Assembly: GCF_002113885.1 (NCBI RefSeq)
Contig: NW_018480037.1
Location: 186,001 to 250,000, forward strand
Source: Mizuhopecten yessoensis
Taxonomy: Eukaryota
Direction: 5' to 3'
DNA: 64,000 bases
The position numbers and the translations under genes are program-made. The notes under the pieces were generated by a model. It was not told the DNA's origin. It did no database searches and worked only from the letters and a program-made list of their open reading frames with translations. Below are positions 1 through 15,000 of the stretch, in pieces; the stretch's first letter is position 1; the number at the start of each line of letters is the position of its first letter.

Positions 1-81
1 GCAGCTGTATCCTGAACCTGTTAGCTTTAAGTTAATGTCACAAGTACATGTGGAGACTGTATATAGTGTGGTCATGCATAC

Positions 82-3000
82 CCATGTCATCTATTTCTGG
101 CATGCTATTCCCCGGCACTGAGGCGGTGGAGGGAGGCGAGCTAGCCGCGGCCCCAAGGGAGTTGGGCAGCTCTTCATCGTTGCCAAGGTTAGCAAGCATG
201 GCCTGCAATGTTGATTTCTTAGGTCCTGTCAAAGGATGACACAGTATATGTACCCCAAGCCAAATCATTGTTGTATCAACAGATTAGAGGGAAATCCTTT
301 ATATCAATTATAGATATATGTATACAATTTTATTTACTTATTTTTACATTGGTATGGGTATACGCGTAACATCAATCATGATCCTGTTTTTTCCCACTTG
401 CACTTCCTGTGCATATGTAACTTCCTGTATGTATGTATACCGATTATTTGAGCTCTCTTACACATGAAATTATCCACTGTAATTGAAGTTAATCTCTGAA
501 GTTGATCTCAAACATCTCCTCTAGAACCTCAATAATTACAATAGAATAAAAACATCTTACATAGATGTCTTTTCTTTGTGTATAAGCCTTTGATTTAAGA
601 TTACCTAGGAGACATGCATTTCTGTGACAACAGAAGTCTTTAAGTTCTTGAATTCGTTATATTTTTCTTGAATTAGTGTATTGCTTTTCTGTTACGATAC
701 AATGTATTACTGTTTTGGTATTACGCATCATAACAGTTAATAAAGATAGTATATGACAAACCAAAACAATTTCACTGTACATGCAGGTTAATGAGCAATT
801 ACATTATTTACCTCACGTCAATATACAGGTTACAGCTAGTGATGGCCTTGACAACCAAACTCGCTAGTATCCCTAACTTTACACTCCTGTTGGCATGTTC
901 TGACAATATATCAATCATAAGCATCATCTGTTGGAAATGTGCTTAGTTTTAAATGCTCTGTTAACTGCTTCCAATATGATATCCGAGGGTAGATAACTTA
1001 TTATTGGTAAATGTATATGAAATGGAGACTAAAGATCCAAGCATAACAAAACATGACAGCTCATTATTTAAATATCCAACAACAGACAGACTTTGAAGGA
1101 CAGGGAAAGATTTCACACAGAGGTCATCCATCACATACACACGATGTCACTGGCCTCCCTTACAATCTGACATGCACCTCCACCACATGCAGAAGTTGAA
1201 CCCGGGCAACCTTAGGTTGGATAATTCCAGTGTTTGTAGGACATATCATGGTGTAGCCTTCAAATACAATGAGTGCCTTTAGTTTGCAAGAACAATCAAC
1301 CAACTTATTGATCAAACAATTCATTCTGGGAAGCTGGTAAAAAGATTGAGTGTAAGCATGAAAGATGCTGGAATACAAAAGATTGAGACCAAAATAACAG
1401 AAAAGCATTAAGCACAGTTTATCAGATTGACGCTTATTTAATTGAAACAAGAGGCCCATGGGCCTTAACGGTCACCTGATATATTTATACAGCGAGTTGA
1501 TTTTGTTTTTAACATGAACAGAAATATTATTCAAAGTGACAAAAAACAATAAAACCACCTTACTCAATATCTAGCATACAGATTTCAGACTAAAAAGGAT
1601 TTGAAACTAGCACCTCTGATTCTTAACAAGGAAAATGAAGAAATTTTAGCACACTGACTCCTTTGAGCCCCACCCTACAGCCCTTGGGGGTAGGGCTGGC
1701 TCAAAATTTTCAAAGTATCAAACTGTCAATTCAAGGTTATAATTCCAATCAAGTTATTAACATGTAATATTNNNNNNNNNNNNNNNNNNNNNNNNNNNNN
1801 NNNNNNNNNNNNNNNNNNNNNNNNNNNNNNNNNNNNNNNNNNNNNNNNNNNNNNNNNNNNNNNNNNNNNNNNNNNNNNNNNNNNNNNNNNNNNNNNNNNN
1901 NNNNNNNNNNNNNNNNNNNNNNNNNNNNNNNNNNNNNNNNNNNNNNNNNNNNNNNNNNNNNNNNNGAGACCCCAGGGTCAAGAAATTCACAATTTCGGTA
2001 AAGCACCTTAAGACCCTTCCATCTATGAAGAGTATTTGATTCTACCATATCTGGGTCTTGAGAAGAAGATTTTTGAAATTTCAGTCAATTCAACCCTTTT
2101 TGGCCCCACCCATCAGCCCCTGGGGGTCAGTCAGGGCTCATAGGTGCATACTATCAAACTGCTACCTAATACTGATAATGCTAACCCAAATTGAATTACT
2201 TCCAATGGAAATTAAACAAATGTTGGTCCAAAATGTGATTTCCCTATATAAACTATAGTAAAGTTTACCCCCTCCCCAGGGGGAAACGTGAGACCCCAGG
2301 GTCATGAAATTCACAATTTTGGTAAAGCACCTTAAGACCCTTCCATCTATGAAGAGTATTTGATTCTACCATATCTGGGTCTTGAGAAGAAGATTTTTGA
2401 AATTTTAGTCAATTCAACCCTTTTTGGCCCCGCCCCTCAGGCCCCTGGGGGCTTGGGACTAAAGCGGACACTATTTTTGTTGACCTTTGTCCATGGAAGG
2501 TCCCTGCAAAATTTGATTGAAATTGGTTCAGGGGTTTTGGAGAGGAAGTCAAAAATGTAAATTGTTTACGGACGCACGACGGACGACGGACCACGACGGA
2601 CAAAAGGCGATCGCAATAGGTCACTTGAGACTTTGTCTCAGGTGACCTAAAAACTATAAAGCATATCAATACAGTATCCAGTAAAAAATACCTTTACAGT
2701 CTCACTGACTTTTAAGTTGTCTTTTTTTTATCTATTTCATATAACCTTTATGAATTAGTTTGCAGTATACAAGTACATGAACATCCAAAAGGGGACCATT
2801 TATTCAAGGATTTGATAGATTTGCTAATTTCATATTGAAGCCTGAACTTTTTATCTTCACCATTACGGTCTGTAATTTGGAAGACATTTACTATATCTTA
2901 CACAATTTAGTCATGAAGAGCCATTTGATAAATGAGTGAGACAAGTTTGTTTAAAATATTACATTTTGTTCTTTTTAATTCTTCCATTTTATTACCACTG

Positions 3001-6000
3001 TAAATTGACAGATGTTAACAAAGTCTTGTACTTTTAAGTGGGACACTTCTAAAGGACCATTTGAAATAAAAGGAAAACAGTACTTATATAATCTCAGTTG
3101 ATGAGTGTATAGAATACAGGGAGGGGTTCCGAATAAATTGTCAACTGAAACAACGGCTTCACAAAACAAGGCTCTGTAGTGTACATTTAACTGCCAATCT
3201 GACACACTGATGACACCAAATTCTTCAGTATTTTCAAATTTCTAAAAAATGCATGTCCCTTTTTAATAGTCAAAAGTTGGTCTCAGTCTAATATAAAGTG
3301 AGAAGAAAGAAACGAGAAGCATTAAAGCAATGAGGCCTCAAGATAAGTTTTACTTTGTCAGGAGGCACAGCTTAAGGACAAGTCAAGTGGGAATCACACA
3401 CTGCCAGCAGAAGAACAGACCACATGACAATGTACTGAACTGTCTTCAATCTGGGAGATTAATAAGTTAAGAGGTCAACAGCCATGACAGTCTCAGATGA
3501 AGAGGCTCATCCTTAGTAAAGGTACTTACTTGTACATGTAAACACTTGAAACTGAAGACTAAATTAAGTATACTGGGTAATGTATTACTGCTGATGGGAA
3601 TCAGTAACCCTTTGTACAGGCATAATTGATTGTCTAATATGAATAAGACCGCCCACTCTCTTACATATTAATACCATGTCTATTTAACACAACAGTTATA
3701 AGTACAGACCTGCTTTATTTGCAATTTCTGAAATTTTTCAATATCAAATAAAGAAGATAAAATAGAAATGTTTTGGTGAAATTGGTGGTGTTTCAAAAGA
3801 AGCAAATAACTCTGGATTCATGTGAGGATCCGTTAAAATGTAGTAAGTCACTACTGAAAAACGGAAATTTGGGGAAAGAACTTTGATATATACACAGGTA
3901 AGTAAGATCACATAGCAGAAACCATGCCAGATGCTGTAAAGTGTACAGGCTACTTACTTGATGACTGATATTCTGTAGTATTTATCAAAATGTTTATATA
4001 TAATGATACAATAGATCATCATATCAACAGGCATTGTTAGAAAGTCATTTATTACAACATTGGTAAATAGCAACACAGCAAATGTATACAAGAGAGATTT
4101 ACTCCAGAAAGATTTAACTTTCATCAATAAGGTTACAAAACCAGTTAGACATGAAAATCTGAGCAACTCCCTCACTGTCTGTCTCACAGTACCTATAGTG
4201 AACCGGATGTTTTCTCCTAGTTTGTGAAAATAAACCTCAATATCATGATACATCATGTAAAATTCATTATCCTGAAAATGGATTCAAGCTTGAAGGCAGA
4301 CAACTTTACTAAAATGAAGACTGTTGCCAAAATAATAATATTGTCATAATTTTGTACAGCAAGATACCTGCTTTAAAATGAATTTTCTTAAAAGAAAACG
4401 AACAAACCTTGTATATTTAACTTCCTGTATAACATTTCAACTCCTTTACAATGGAGAAAGATACTGGACAGAGATTACTAATTACACTGAAACAAAGTGA
4501 TAATTACCATGAGACATGGCCTTTGTGATGGTAGAAGAGGCACCAACTCTGTACTTCCGGCCATTTTTTAGAACCATCATAGTATCACTGTATTTATCCA
4601 CACCCTACCATGATCCACACACAAACACTGGATTTACTTATAATAGCCAGCCACTCATCAGTTATATATCGTTACTTTCACCTCTGCCCCATGACCTGCA
4701 GTAAAGTGAAGCATTTCCTGAGCTGGAGCGAGCTACAGCAACACTCAGTGGTGTATGATAAAAAGTGTACTGTGTATACATCAGATTTTCTGGTCCATAT
4801 GCAGTTTTTACCACGCATTCTGATATCACTTTCCGCAACTATTTCATAAACAACAAACAATCAGTAGTCTTTGTTGTGAGCTAAATATGTAGAAGTAGTT
4901 GTATATAAAGATGAAAGACATTGTGTAAAATGATATCTTAGAGATAAATAAAGTGTGTTCGATACATGAACACATGACCAAATTTGGTCAACACATATTC
5001 AGGAAGGTAATTGTATGAATCCATGGACTATTAAATAAGATATCCCTCAATAACCATCACACAATAGCTCTGATTAAACACAGGATCACAATTTAATATA
5101 TAAAAAAAAGCCATCACAAAATATTTTCAAAGTGATTTTTCTTGAATCTCATTATCCCTTTCTCCTACCCTTTACAATTTTGGTAAATAACAGAAAAGGT
5201 CCAGACTGCCCGATAACATGTTTTAGAATTCACCAGAGTAGGGATCGCTCTCTCTTAACATAAACTGTTCCATCATTTAACCTTGACTAAATATATTTAG
5301 TCCAATAATATGTTGTAAATAGTCACCAGAATAGGATATTTCGATTTAACTTCTCCCTTAATATGAATTGTTCACCCTATTTTAACATGAACTGTTAACA
5401 CTATCTTAACATGAACAGTTCATATCTGAACATAGCTGTTCACCCTATCTTAACATGAACAGTTCACCCTATCCCAACATGAACAGTTCATATCCTAACA
5501 TAAGCTGTTCACCCTATCTTTACATGAACAATTGACCCAATCTTACATGAACAGTTCAACCTATCTTAAAATGAACACTTCACCCTATCTCAACAATGAA
5601 CTGTTCATCATATCTTAACATGAAATATTCATCTTATGTTAGCATGACTTTTTCACCTAATCTTAACATGAACTGTATGTTCACCCTACTGCCCAAGTAT
5701 CACCATTTTACCTTGTCTAGTCTGCCCATTAACATGCTGTAAATAGTCACCAGAGTAGGGAATCGATCTTGCTTAACATTAACTGTTCACTCAATGTATC
5801 TCCATTTTACTTTGCATTACCTGTATAATGAAGCATTGATGTGCCCTTCAAAGTATTTCAATATCAGACTTGTATGTCTGTCATATAAGGAAATATTTCA
5901 CTTGACATTGGTATCCTCAGATGGTTTTTTAGACGGATCTGAAGCTGTCTGAAATACTATGTATCACTTGGCAACTGGTGGAAGGAACACTTTGACCGTC

Positions 6001-9000
6001 AAACAGAAATGAACATGTCTGACATTCTTTGGTATTCATGATCAGAAACCATCAACCAATCATACCAATCTTAACAAACATCTGTAGCCAACAATCTACT
6101 TTTGAACTTAAATTAATTTCAACCAGATTTTGTGATTACTCTTTATCTTTTAAACAGTTGATGTTTGGAAGTCTATGACAGATGCACTGGAATCTGTTTC
6201 TCCTAATTTTGTTCAATTAGGGACAGAACAGGTGACAGGTACTTTTGACTGCATACTGCACATCGGTAGAACGAGCTATGCATCCCCAGCAAATATCTTA
6301 ATATCTTATTTTTCATGAAAAATTGTGCCAACATACAATATCTGGAACTGGGTGAATCACCTCAGCAGGTCAGAATCTGATTAGATAGACGCTTACAATT
6401 AACCCCTAGTATAAAGCCTTTATTTACCCTATTTCTCCCTGTTTGTCTTTGGTATCCTACTTCTCCATATCCTAACTGGCATCGGTCATAACACTGAGTG
6501 GATGATATTATCCAGCAAGTAACGAGGGATGCCAGGGAAGCTTTATCACTAAGCATTTCACCACAACACTAAGCAAAGCATACCTAAACTCTATGCATGT
6601 TTGTACTTATTCTGTATCATTCTTACACAGAACTGAATATGTATGGCAAAATTATTCGTAAAATTATACAATTTATCATAGAAATTAACCAAATAATATT
6701 ACAATTTTTCATACAAAAAATAGTGACTAAAAATGTTAAAATGAACAAGAAGCAACTACTCTGTTGAAATAAGACCAATGTTATGCAACAGATACTGATA
6801 CGAGACAACAAGCTTTCCTAACAAATACAGATGACAACTGTAACTGGTCGTACTAGGTGCTACACAGACAGCATATCTAGAACATGATAAGCATGCATCG
6901 ATTAGAAAATGAACATAAATGGTGAGAAATGAAAAATTCAATTCATGCATGACATTTTTTGAAAAAATAAAGCAAACTAAAATGATAAAGGTTACATAAA
7001 CAAACTTACTTGACTTCTTTCCTTTCCTCTCCTTTGTGTACTGCTCTTTGAGTTTAGAAATAAGCTGCTGGTCTACGTCCCACTCCTCTATATCCCTCTT
7101 CTCTGTGTAATACATACAGAGCCATGTACAGGCCTCTACCGGCACCCTTCCCCACCCTGATCACACAACCCACTTAACAACCAACCACGAACCTATCAAA
7201 CTGGCCTATACAGGCATGAAAATATATGCCCAATAAGTTGTGGCATCAGGTAGAAGAATACTGTGTTTCCTGTTAAACAGTTCCCTTCAGCTAACATATT
7301 TGAGATACTTGTATCAGTTTATATGCAATGCACACATCATCTTATTACACATTATCAAGAAATAAGAAAACTCCTCAAATAAATTAAAGGAAATTAAGAT
7401 TTTTTCTCTCTCCTGGTCACATGGTTGGAAATATTTTAATGCAGCTTTTCTATAGCATGGCAACATGTTGCTATTCAATTTAATTATATATCCCACCCAT
7501 GGATATCAAAATAATATCACTTATGTTCCAGGTCATATGTATAAAATATGCAGTGAAAATTACATATTTTGAATCATCATTGTGTTATGTTGGCAGTGTT
7601 GTACACATATTTATACTGATCGAGGGGAGGCAAGTCTTACAAATTGATAAAAAGTTTAAGAATATGTTACTTAAATTATCCCTCCCTTGCCAATTTCTGC
7701 AGGTAAGATTTTTATGTTGACAAAAAGATATCCTTATAGTTATATCTGCATCATTGCTGTTTTATTTCAAAATTTCTGTTCCTGGTTTTATATGCTAAAT
7801 CTGATGAAAAGGAACTTTTTGCTGTGTGGGTACGAGAGAAAATTTCTCTTGCATGCATAACTTTCCTAGTGTCTATAATAGATAGTTTTTAACTCTGCCA
7901 ATATGTGTACCACTATATTTAAATGGAAAAGCCCTAATTTTCTTTATTTAAATCTTTTGGAACATTTACCCTCCACTAAAGGAAAATAATGCTCCCTGCT
8001 TTTTGAGGTATCTGTGAAATCTGGACAAATGTTTTGTTGTAAAAATGATTTTTTTGAATCTTACAAAGAAAGTATCAGATTCATAAATGTTTAAGTTAAT
8101 CGGGAAACGCAGTATTCATTCTATTTGGCCTTCTTGATTCCTGATCCTCAAAGTGACTAATTGGGATGATGACTGACAAGAGTTTATGAACTAGAATTGC
8201 AATAAATAATAGTGACCATAAATTATTTTTTTCAAAACAGTATGATTCAGATGTTGAGTGTTTCTAAAAACATTACCATTTATAAACCTCTTGGTAGTGT
8301 AACACTGACATGTGAATATATAAACCTGTCTTGAGAAAAAGCTACACGACATTACTTCAAGTCTAAGGATAGGAAAGAAAAATGTGTTTAATTTTTTCAA
8401 CAAGAGAACACTTAAAAATAGAGTAGAATTTGTTGCCATGGTGATGTGCTCCAAAGAGTTTTGACAATTTTTTACAGAAGTTTTTACAACTTTGTCCCAC
8501 ATCTTTATCACTTTTGTTTAAAAGGAAATTCAATATTATTGAAGCTTTATCAATTACAAGTTATACAAAACCTTTTTTATTTCCTTATTTTTTTTTCAAT
8601 TTTTGAAAACGCAGTGAAATTAGCTGCACAAAAAGTTCAATCTAAAAAGCTTATAAAGTTGCAATTAATTAATTTCATTTCCCAATTTCTCTTTGCAAAA
8701 TGGCAACAAATCTGTGTTAGAAATTACTTGTAACTATGAAACTGAACAAACACAGATTCTACAATAACATTACTAGGGGTGGGTGAACACAGTTGACAAG
8801 TGCAGTGTTACCTACCCCAGTCTGGGCCATCACCATGACTACGGGCCTCCCCAGCTCCCTCGTCACTCTCGGCCACAAGGAAGTTAAACTCAGCCATAGC
8901 CTCTTCTGTTTCTGGGTCGTCGTCATCACGGTCATCTACAAGTCCAGTTAGACCATCCACCTGTAATATAATTATCTTTTTATCAAGACTTTTACAAGCA

Positions 9001-12000
9001 ATTGAACAAAGTTTTCCTGGTTTGTAATCCAGCGAGACCCTTAACCCTTATCAATTAAATATCAACTGTTATCATTAAAATGCTGATTTTGGGATTTAAT
9101 TTTAAACTTTGATTTGATAAAATAATTTCTCTTTATCCATGTTGCATTTCATTTCAAAAGAAGTTATCCCATAACTTTCATAAATCTCAACGAATATATA
9201 GCTTTCATGTTCCAATCCTCCTTCAGAGAGAGAAGAGAGGATTGGGTCTACGCTGATCTTTGAAACTAGATCCGTTACCTTGATATTTGGCCTTTTTGTT
9301 GCTAATCTCACTTCATGCTCATCATCTGCTGCCATGCCATCATCATTTTCATCGCTAAAAGAAAAGTATTTTGAATATGCAAATTATTATTACATTCTCT
9401 AATATTACTTTCTTTAATAAGATTCATCAGTTTGGAAATATGTAATATCAAAGTTATACTTTATACACAAACAATGTAAATATTAAACATGTCACAATGT
9501 TTCAAGGCCAACTGGTCCTTTTGTCGACTCAAGTGTGTATATAATCGATATGCTAAACATCTCAGGTCAAGTGACATATGAACTTAACAGTTGTGTCACA
9601 TCGTTGTATAGGTAAACAATACAAATCACTCATATCTTGACAAAGGGGCCAATCGGTCTTGCAACACTGCAACACGTTTAATACATACATTGTTTGTATA
9701 AAGTAAAATTTTGATATTGTTACATTGAATGCTGTTCGTTCAAATAATCTTCTATCCAATGTACACTGTAGTACTACAGCACTTGAAAAAGAATACAGCA
9801 ATAATATTAAGGCAATCTTTGTGTTTTGATGCTTTCTTCAAGAATCTGTATCCAGCAAAACTTTGACATACTAAAAATAGTCAAAGTTTAAAAACTTAAA
9901 ACACATGTACAGGCGTGGCGCTTTATTTATCTCCACTAACCCTCTTAAGCTTTTGATGTTAAACATTTAGGGTAGAAAAAATAAATCACTTTGTTCTCCA
10001 GCCCTTATGCATTTATTTGAAAAATGAATATTACCTTAAGCTTGTTTTATCATAATTTGAAGAAAAAAATATGCATCTATTAAAATTTGGGAAACAAAAC
10101 TTTGTTTGGTTTCTACATAAAATATTTAGACATACACCACAGCTTCAGTATCCCAGATAAATGTATGGTAGAGTCTACAAAAGTTACCTAGGGGTGAAAG
10201 GATTAAGGAGTTCTTCAAACCTTTCAAGGTAGGAAAAACATTTATGGAAGGGTGGACATGCATTCTCTGACAAATACAGTAAGGTTTTTTCTACAATCTG
10301 AAAACTTTCCCCCAGATTTTTAATAAATAATTATGTAAAAGGGATTCTAAAAACACAAAAGGTTCCAAAAATCTGGTGGCAAAATTAACCCTTAGGCTGC
10401 TATACATTGATTTCTATGTAAAGGAACGCCACTGCTGAATTAATTATTGAAATATAAATTAATTTACTTAATTTTTCAAATGCGCATAACTTGAAAAATA
10501 TTTGTTATATGTGAATAAAAGTTATAGGAAAATTGTTCGTTATTGTCTCTAGTTTATATTAACGTTTTCAATTTGGTAATAAGGGTAAGAAACTTTTAAT
10601 TAATCGGATTTAAGCACCAGAAAGACCATTTTAAAATTGTTTTTGTCAGCAAATGTGATTGGAAAATGATAACAGAGATTATAAACTTCATTTATGGCAT
10701 AAGATGCTGTATGTTCATGGAGATTCTCAGGAAAAAGGTCAGGTATTTCATCAAGAATTGCATGCGATTTGCTACAGGTTTCAGGTCGTCATTCAATATA
10801 TTTATTGTCACATTCGGCATATAGATATATCTTAGCTACAGTCTAGTTTATGATTAAATCATCGATAAATAATTTGAAGAAGTCAATCGGTTCAAAACGT
10901 ATCAATGTCAATGTTCAATTCGGCCTCACCTGCAGACGACATGTGCGCCTCGGTCCGCCGATATTTTCATGTATGCGTAGGGCACAAAGCCGTTCATTGG
11001 AAAGTTACATATTATGTTACACCGAAGTATTTTCACTTCAACCATGTCAAACCCTATAAAACCTTTATTATCATCGTACGTGACGCTGGAGAATAAATGT
11101 TTACCATCATATTCATCACTTCAATCTACACGTCCGCCATTTTTATGATGTTTTTTCCGATTTGAAATTCTCTCGCACACTTTGATTATTACTAGGGTAC
11201 ATTGCCGGAAATATTGAAAGTAATGACAAAACAACCAATCAGAAACCTTCTACTATACGCTTTCGGGTTTGGTATAGCAACAGTCCGCTTTCACACTTCC
11301 TGTTTGCTGATCAAAAACCTACAGACCGCACGCCACTATTGTGGTGCGTAGCACCGACGCCTGACTTTTCGAAACCACTATTGTGGCGCGTAGCAGCCTA
11401 AGGGTTAAGTTGAGGTTTAAAGTTTGTTTATGATGTCTATCTTGTGCCTATTACACATCGGTGTATAATTTCAAATTAAGAGTTATAGCCTGCAGGTAGA
11501 TATGATACAAATTCTACTACCTGACCTCTATTTTCATAGCATAAACTGAACATCTTCACTGGTCCCAAAATAAAATCTACTAGTAGAAGGCTTCACACTG
11601 GTGGAATGGTACATTCCTGTTCATTTGATTGACATCTTAAAATCCCATAAGAAAATTCCATACACACATCTAGATCAACACATTCAGATATTTAATCGTT
11701 TAAACTTATTGTCATTTAATTTAAACAAGTAAGGATGGAACAATATATGCCAGTCACACACAATTTAGTACCAAGTTTGACTCATTCTAAATGTTAAATA
11801 ATTGAAGGAGCAAGATGTTTCTAAATTACAAACTCATTTGAAGCATTTCAGTATTTATATTTAGTACAGTTTGATCAAAATCTGTTATCAAATACATTTA
11901 CTTAAGGAGTGTTGTCACTTTGTTGGTTGACAAGTTTCGAAATTCCATAACCTTAGCCTTGAACTTGGAACTCTAAAACGAACCCATTTAAGGTATCCTT

Positions 12001-15000
12001 TTACTTCAACCTTGTCCAAAATGTTATCAAACCCATGAAAAATGAGGTCACTATAGCAATAAGTCCTAACAGTGAATCAGGAAGGGACTGATATGGGTAA
12101 TGCTAATTAATGCTACCCATAAAATGGCAGGTGGCATAAAATTTGCTGGAGAACCAAGTCATCAATTTTGAGTGGTAAGGGTGTCCACTTGTATTTAAAT
12201 ATATTGTAGATATTTTTCATGAGTAACAGGATTGCTTTTTATGAGGAAGAAATGCAGGCATAGAAGGCAGTACAAGTGAATGGTGAAGAGCAGTACATGC
12301 ACAGGCATACCTGAGGTTATCATCATCATCATCATCATCCACTACATTTTCTGTGCCTAGAAAGTCTAGGGTAGCTAGGACCGAGGCTTCACTATCCATC
12401 AGAGCACCTTCCACAAGGGAAGCTGGCACCTTCTTAGGTGGTCTGATCAAAGAGATAGGAAGCATGCATCAGAGGAAGAGAGACGGACATCTGCACAAAT
12501 ATATCTGTACTAAATGCAAGTATCATACACTATTTCAAAAGCACACCAGTTCAGAACTAATATTCTTAGAAAAAATTGTTATATAATGTACAGTTATGAA
12601 CAGTTGCAAGTACAAAGGAAAGCTGAAATATGTGTGGGGAGAGTGCACAAAATCAATGAATTCATATTTTAAGAAATAACTCAACTAAATACTTTAAGAT
12701 CAGGGTGTTTCTGTAACAAATGAATTAATATTTATCAGATATTTAAACAGCCTTTCTGTTAGGACATTCAAATTGTGACATCTACATCTTGGTTATTTTT
12801 TGTCACATGGTTTTGGGAAATGGAGCCTGGTATGAAACAGAATACTTTTTTCACATGGTTTTGGGAAATGGACCCAGGTATGAAACAGAACACTTTTTCA
12901 CTAAATACTTTATTTAAAATTGAATCATAACCATCATAAGAAATAACTTCAATGACAACTTGGTCTATAAAGGTAATGATTCCCAGAGACCTACGATTTT
13001 TTCATGGTGATTGTATATCGGCCTACCATTAAGTTGGAAAAATGTTAATAAGAAGTTTATCAAATTGTTTTCATCTGAATGGGGATTGCAGTCATATTTA
13101 TAATAGCGCACAATCAACAAGATAAATGTTTCTCTGAGATATTATAAGAATAATGGAATTGATGCTACACAGTGCTACAATTTCACATTCATGATATATA
13201 ATACAGCTGTATGATTGAGAAACTTGCCAGAATTCAATTAAGTAGGAAAAGAATGATTATTGAGAAATGATTAATGTGTAGTATAGAAATTAACGGTGTA
13301 CTTCAAAGAAAACCGTCAACATATTGTATTAACAGTGTGTATTCAAAGTTTAGGTGGTGTGAATACATTTGCCATGAAACATGCATTTAGTTGTAACAAA
13401 GCTCGGGAAGAATACAACATGGAAAATGAAGAAGGATCAATAGCCAGATGAATATCTAAATAGATGTTGCAATAACATGATTTGTGGTCTTCAGAATGAT
13501 TGCCAGAAATTACAAGGCATTGATTCAACTCCAGACCTATTTAGTGTTAACGGCCATACTTCAAAATCGACCTGTTTATCAGTGTCTGCTAGACTTCTGT
13601 ACAAGTCAGATAGGACAAAGTGTCATCCACAGTTATGGCATTGCTTGGTAGTATATGGTTAGGGCTATTCATTAATTTATTTTATGGGCGAGGTGGGAGT
13701 CACCTGTTCAATATATTATTTATGAGGTATTGGGGATTATTCCAGACTTGCCTTCCATTCCTAATATATAATAATCAGTTTTATATTGATGGGTAGGGCT
13801 ATTCCATAATCTATCTTATGTGTAGGCTGGGAGTCGACCTGTTTTAATATATTACAGGTGTTGTGGTTTAATTCAGATCTGCCTTCCATTCCTAATATAT
13901 AATAATCAGTCTATATTGATAGGTAGGGCTATTCCATAATTTATCTGTGTGTGGGCTGGGAGTCGACCTGTTTTAATATATTACAGGTGTTGTGGTTTAA
14001 TTCAGATCTGCCTTCCATTCCTAATATATAATAATCTGTTTATATTGATAGGTAGGGCTATTCCATATTTTATCTGATGTGTGGGCTGGGAGTCGACCTG
14101 TTTTAATATATTACAGGTGTTGTGGTTTAATTCAGATCTGCCTTCCATTCCTAATATATAATAATCTGTTTTATATTGATAGGTAGGCCTAGGGCTATTC
14201 CATAATTTATCTTATGTGTGGGCTGGGAGTCGACCTGTTTTAATATATTACAGGTGTTGTGGTTTAATTCAGATCTGCCTTCCATTCCTAATATATAATA
14301 ATCCGCTTTAATATATAATAGGTGGTTTGGCCTTTGAAACAGTACCTTCAACACCTCCCATGCTATTAATTCTTGAACAGCCTTTAGATAGCTAAACAAA
14401 TCAAGGTTCCGTTGCTTTAACTTTTGAACTAATTATTAGCCTGATGAATTCAAATTCTCTGCAGGTTTTTGTTTTTTAACTTTAAAACATTTAACAACAC
14501 TGACCCCTTGCATGAAACATATAAAGGATAATCTTATAGAGAATATTTCATATTTATGTCAGTGATTTAAAAAGCATACATACACCAAACTTAAATACCT
14601 TTTTGAGCAAGAATAGAAATGAATGTAGAATTAATAAAATCCTGTAGTTAAAATAATGATCATGGCATGCATTTTTTGGCCTTTGTACCTGGCTTTGCTC
14701 TGGTCATTGTTGCGCGAGGCCGCAGGCTCTCCATTAACTAAGGCTGGCTGTGCACCTTCAGCTTCATTCTCCACAGCATTTCCCTGGAGACCCAGTAAGG
14801 ACCTCACTCGAGCAGATCTAACATTGATGATGGTGTCAGTATAGCCAATCTCCTGTAAATATCTGTAAATACAAATGCACTACGTTGAAATCAATGTTCA
14901 CATTTATGATCTTGTACCTATGTGTGTAAAACCAATTTCCTTGAACTATCTGATGACTTTCACCAATATTAAAGACATTTTCTATCTGAAAAATATGTAT

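Noticed and set aside
2058-2669. Short ORFs recurring at 39544-39985 that look like a duplicated gene
   Set aside because: They are translations of the HINE-like element's internal repeat.
12443-12490. Alternative upstream acceptor extending striatin exon 6 by 48 nt
   Set aside because: The extension contains an in-frame TGA.
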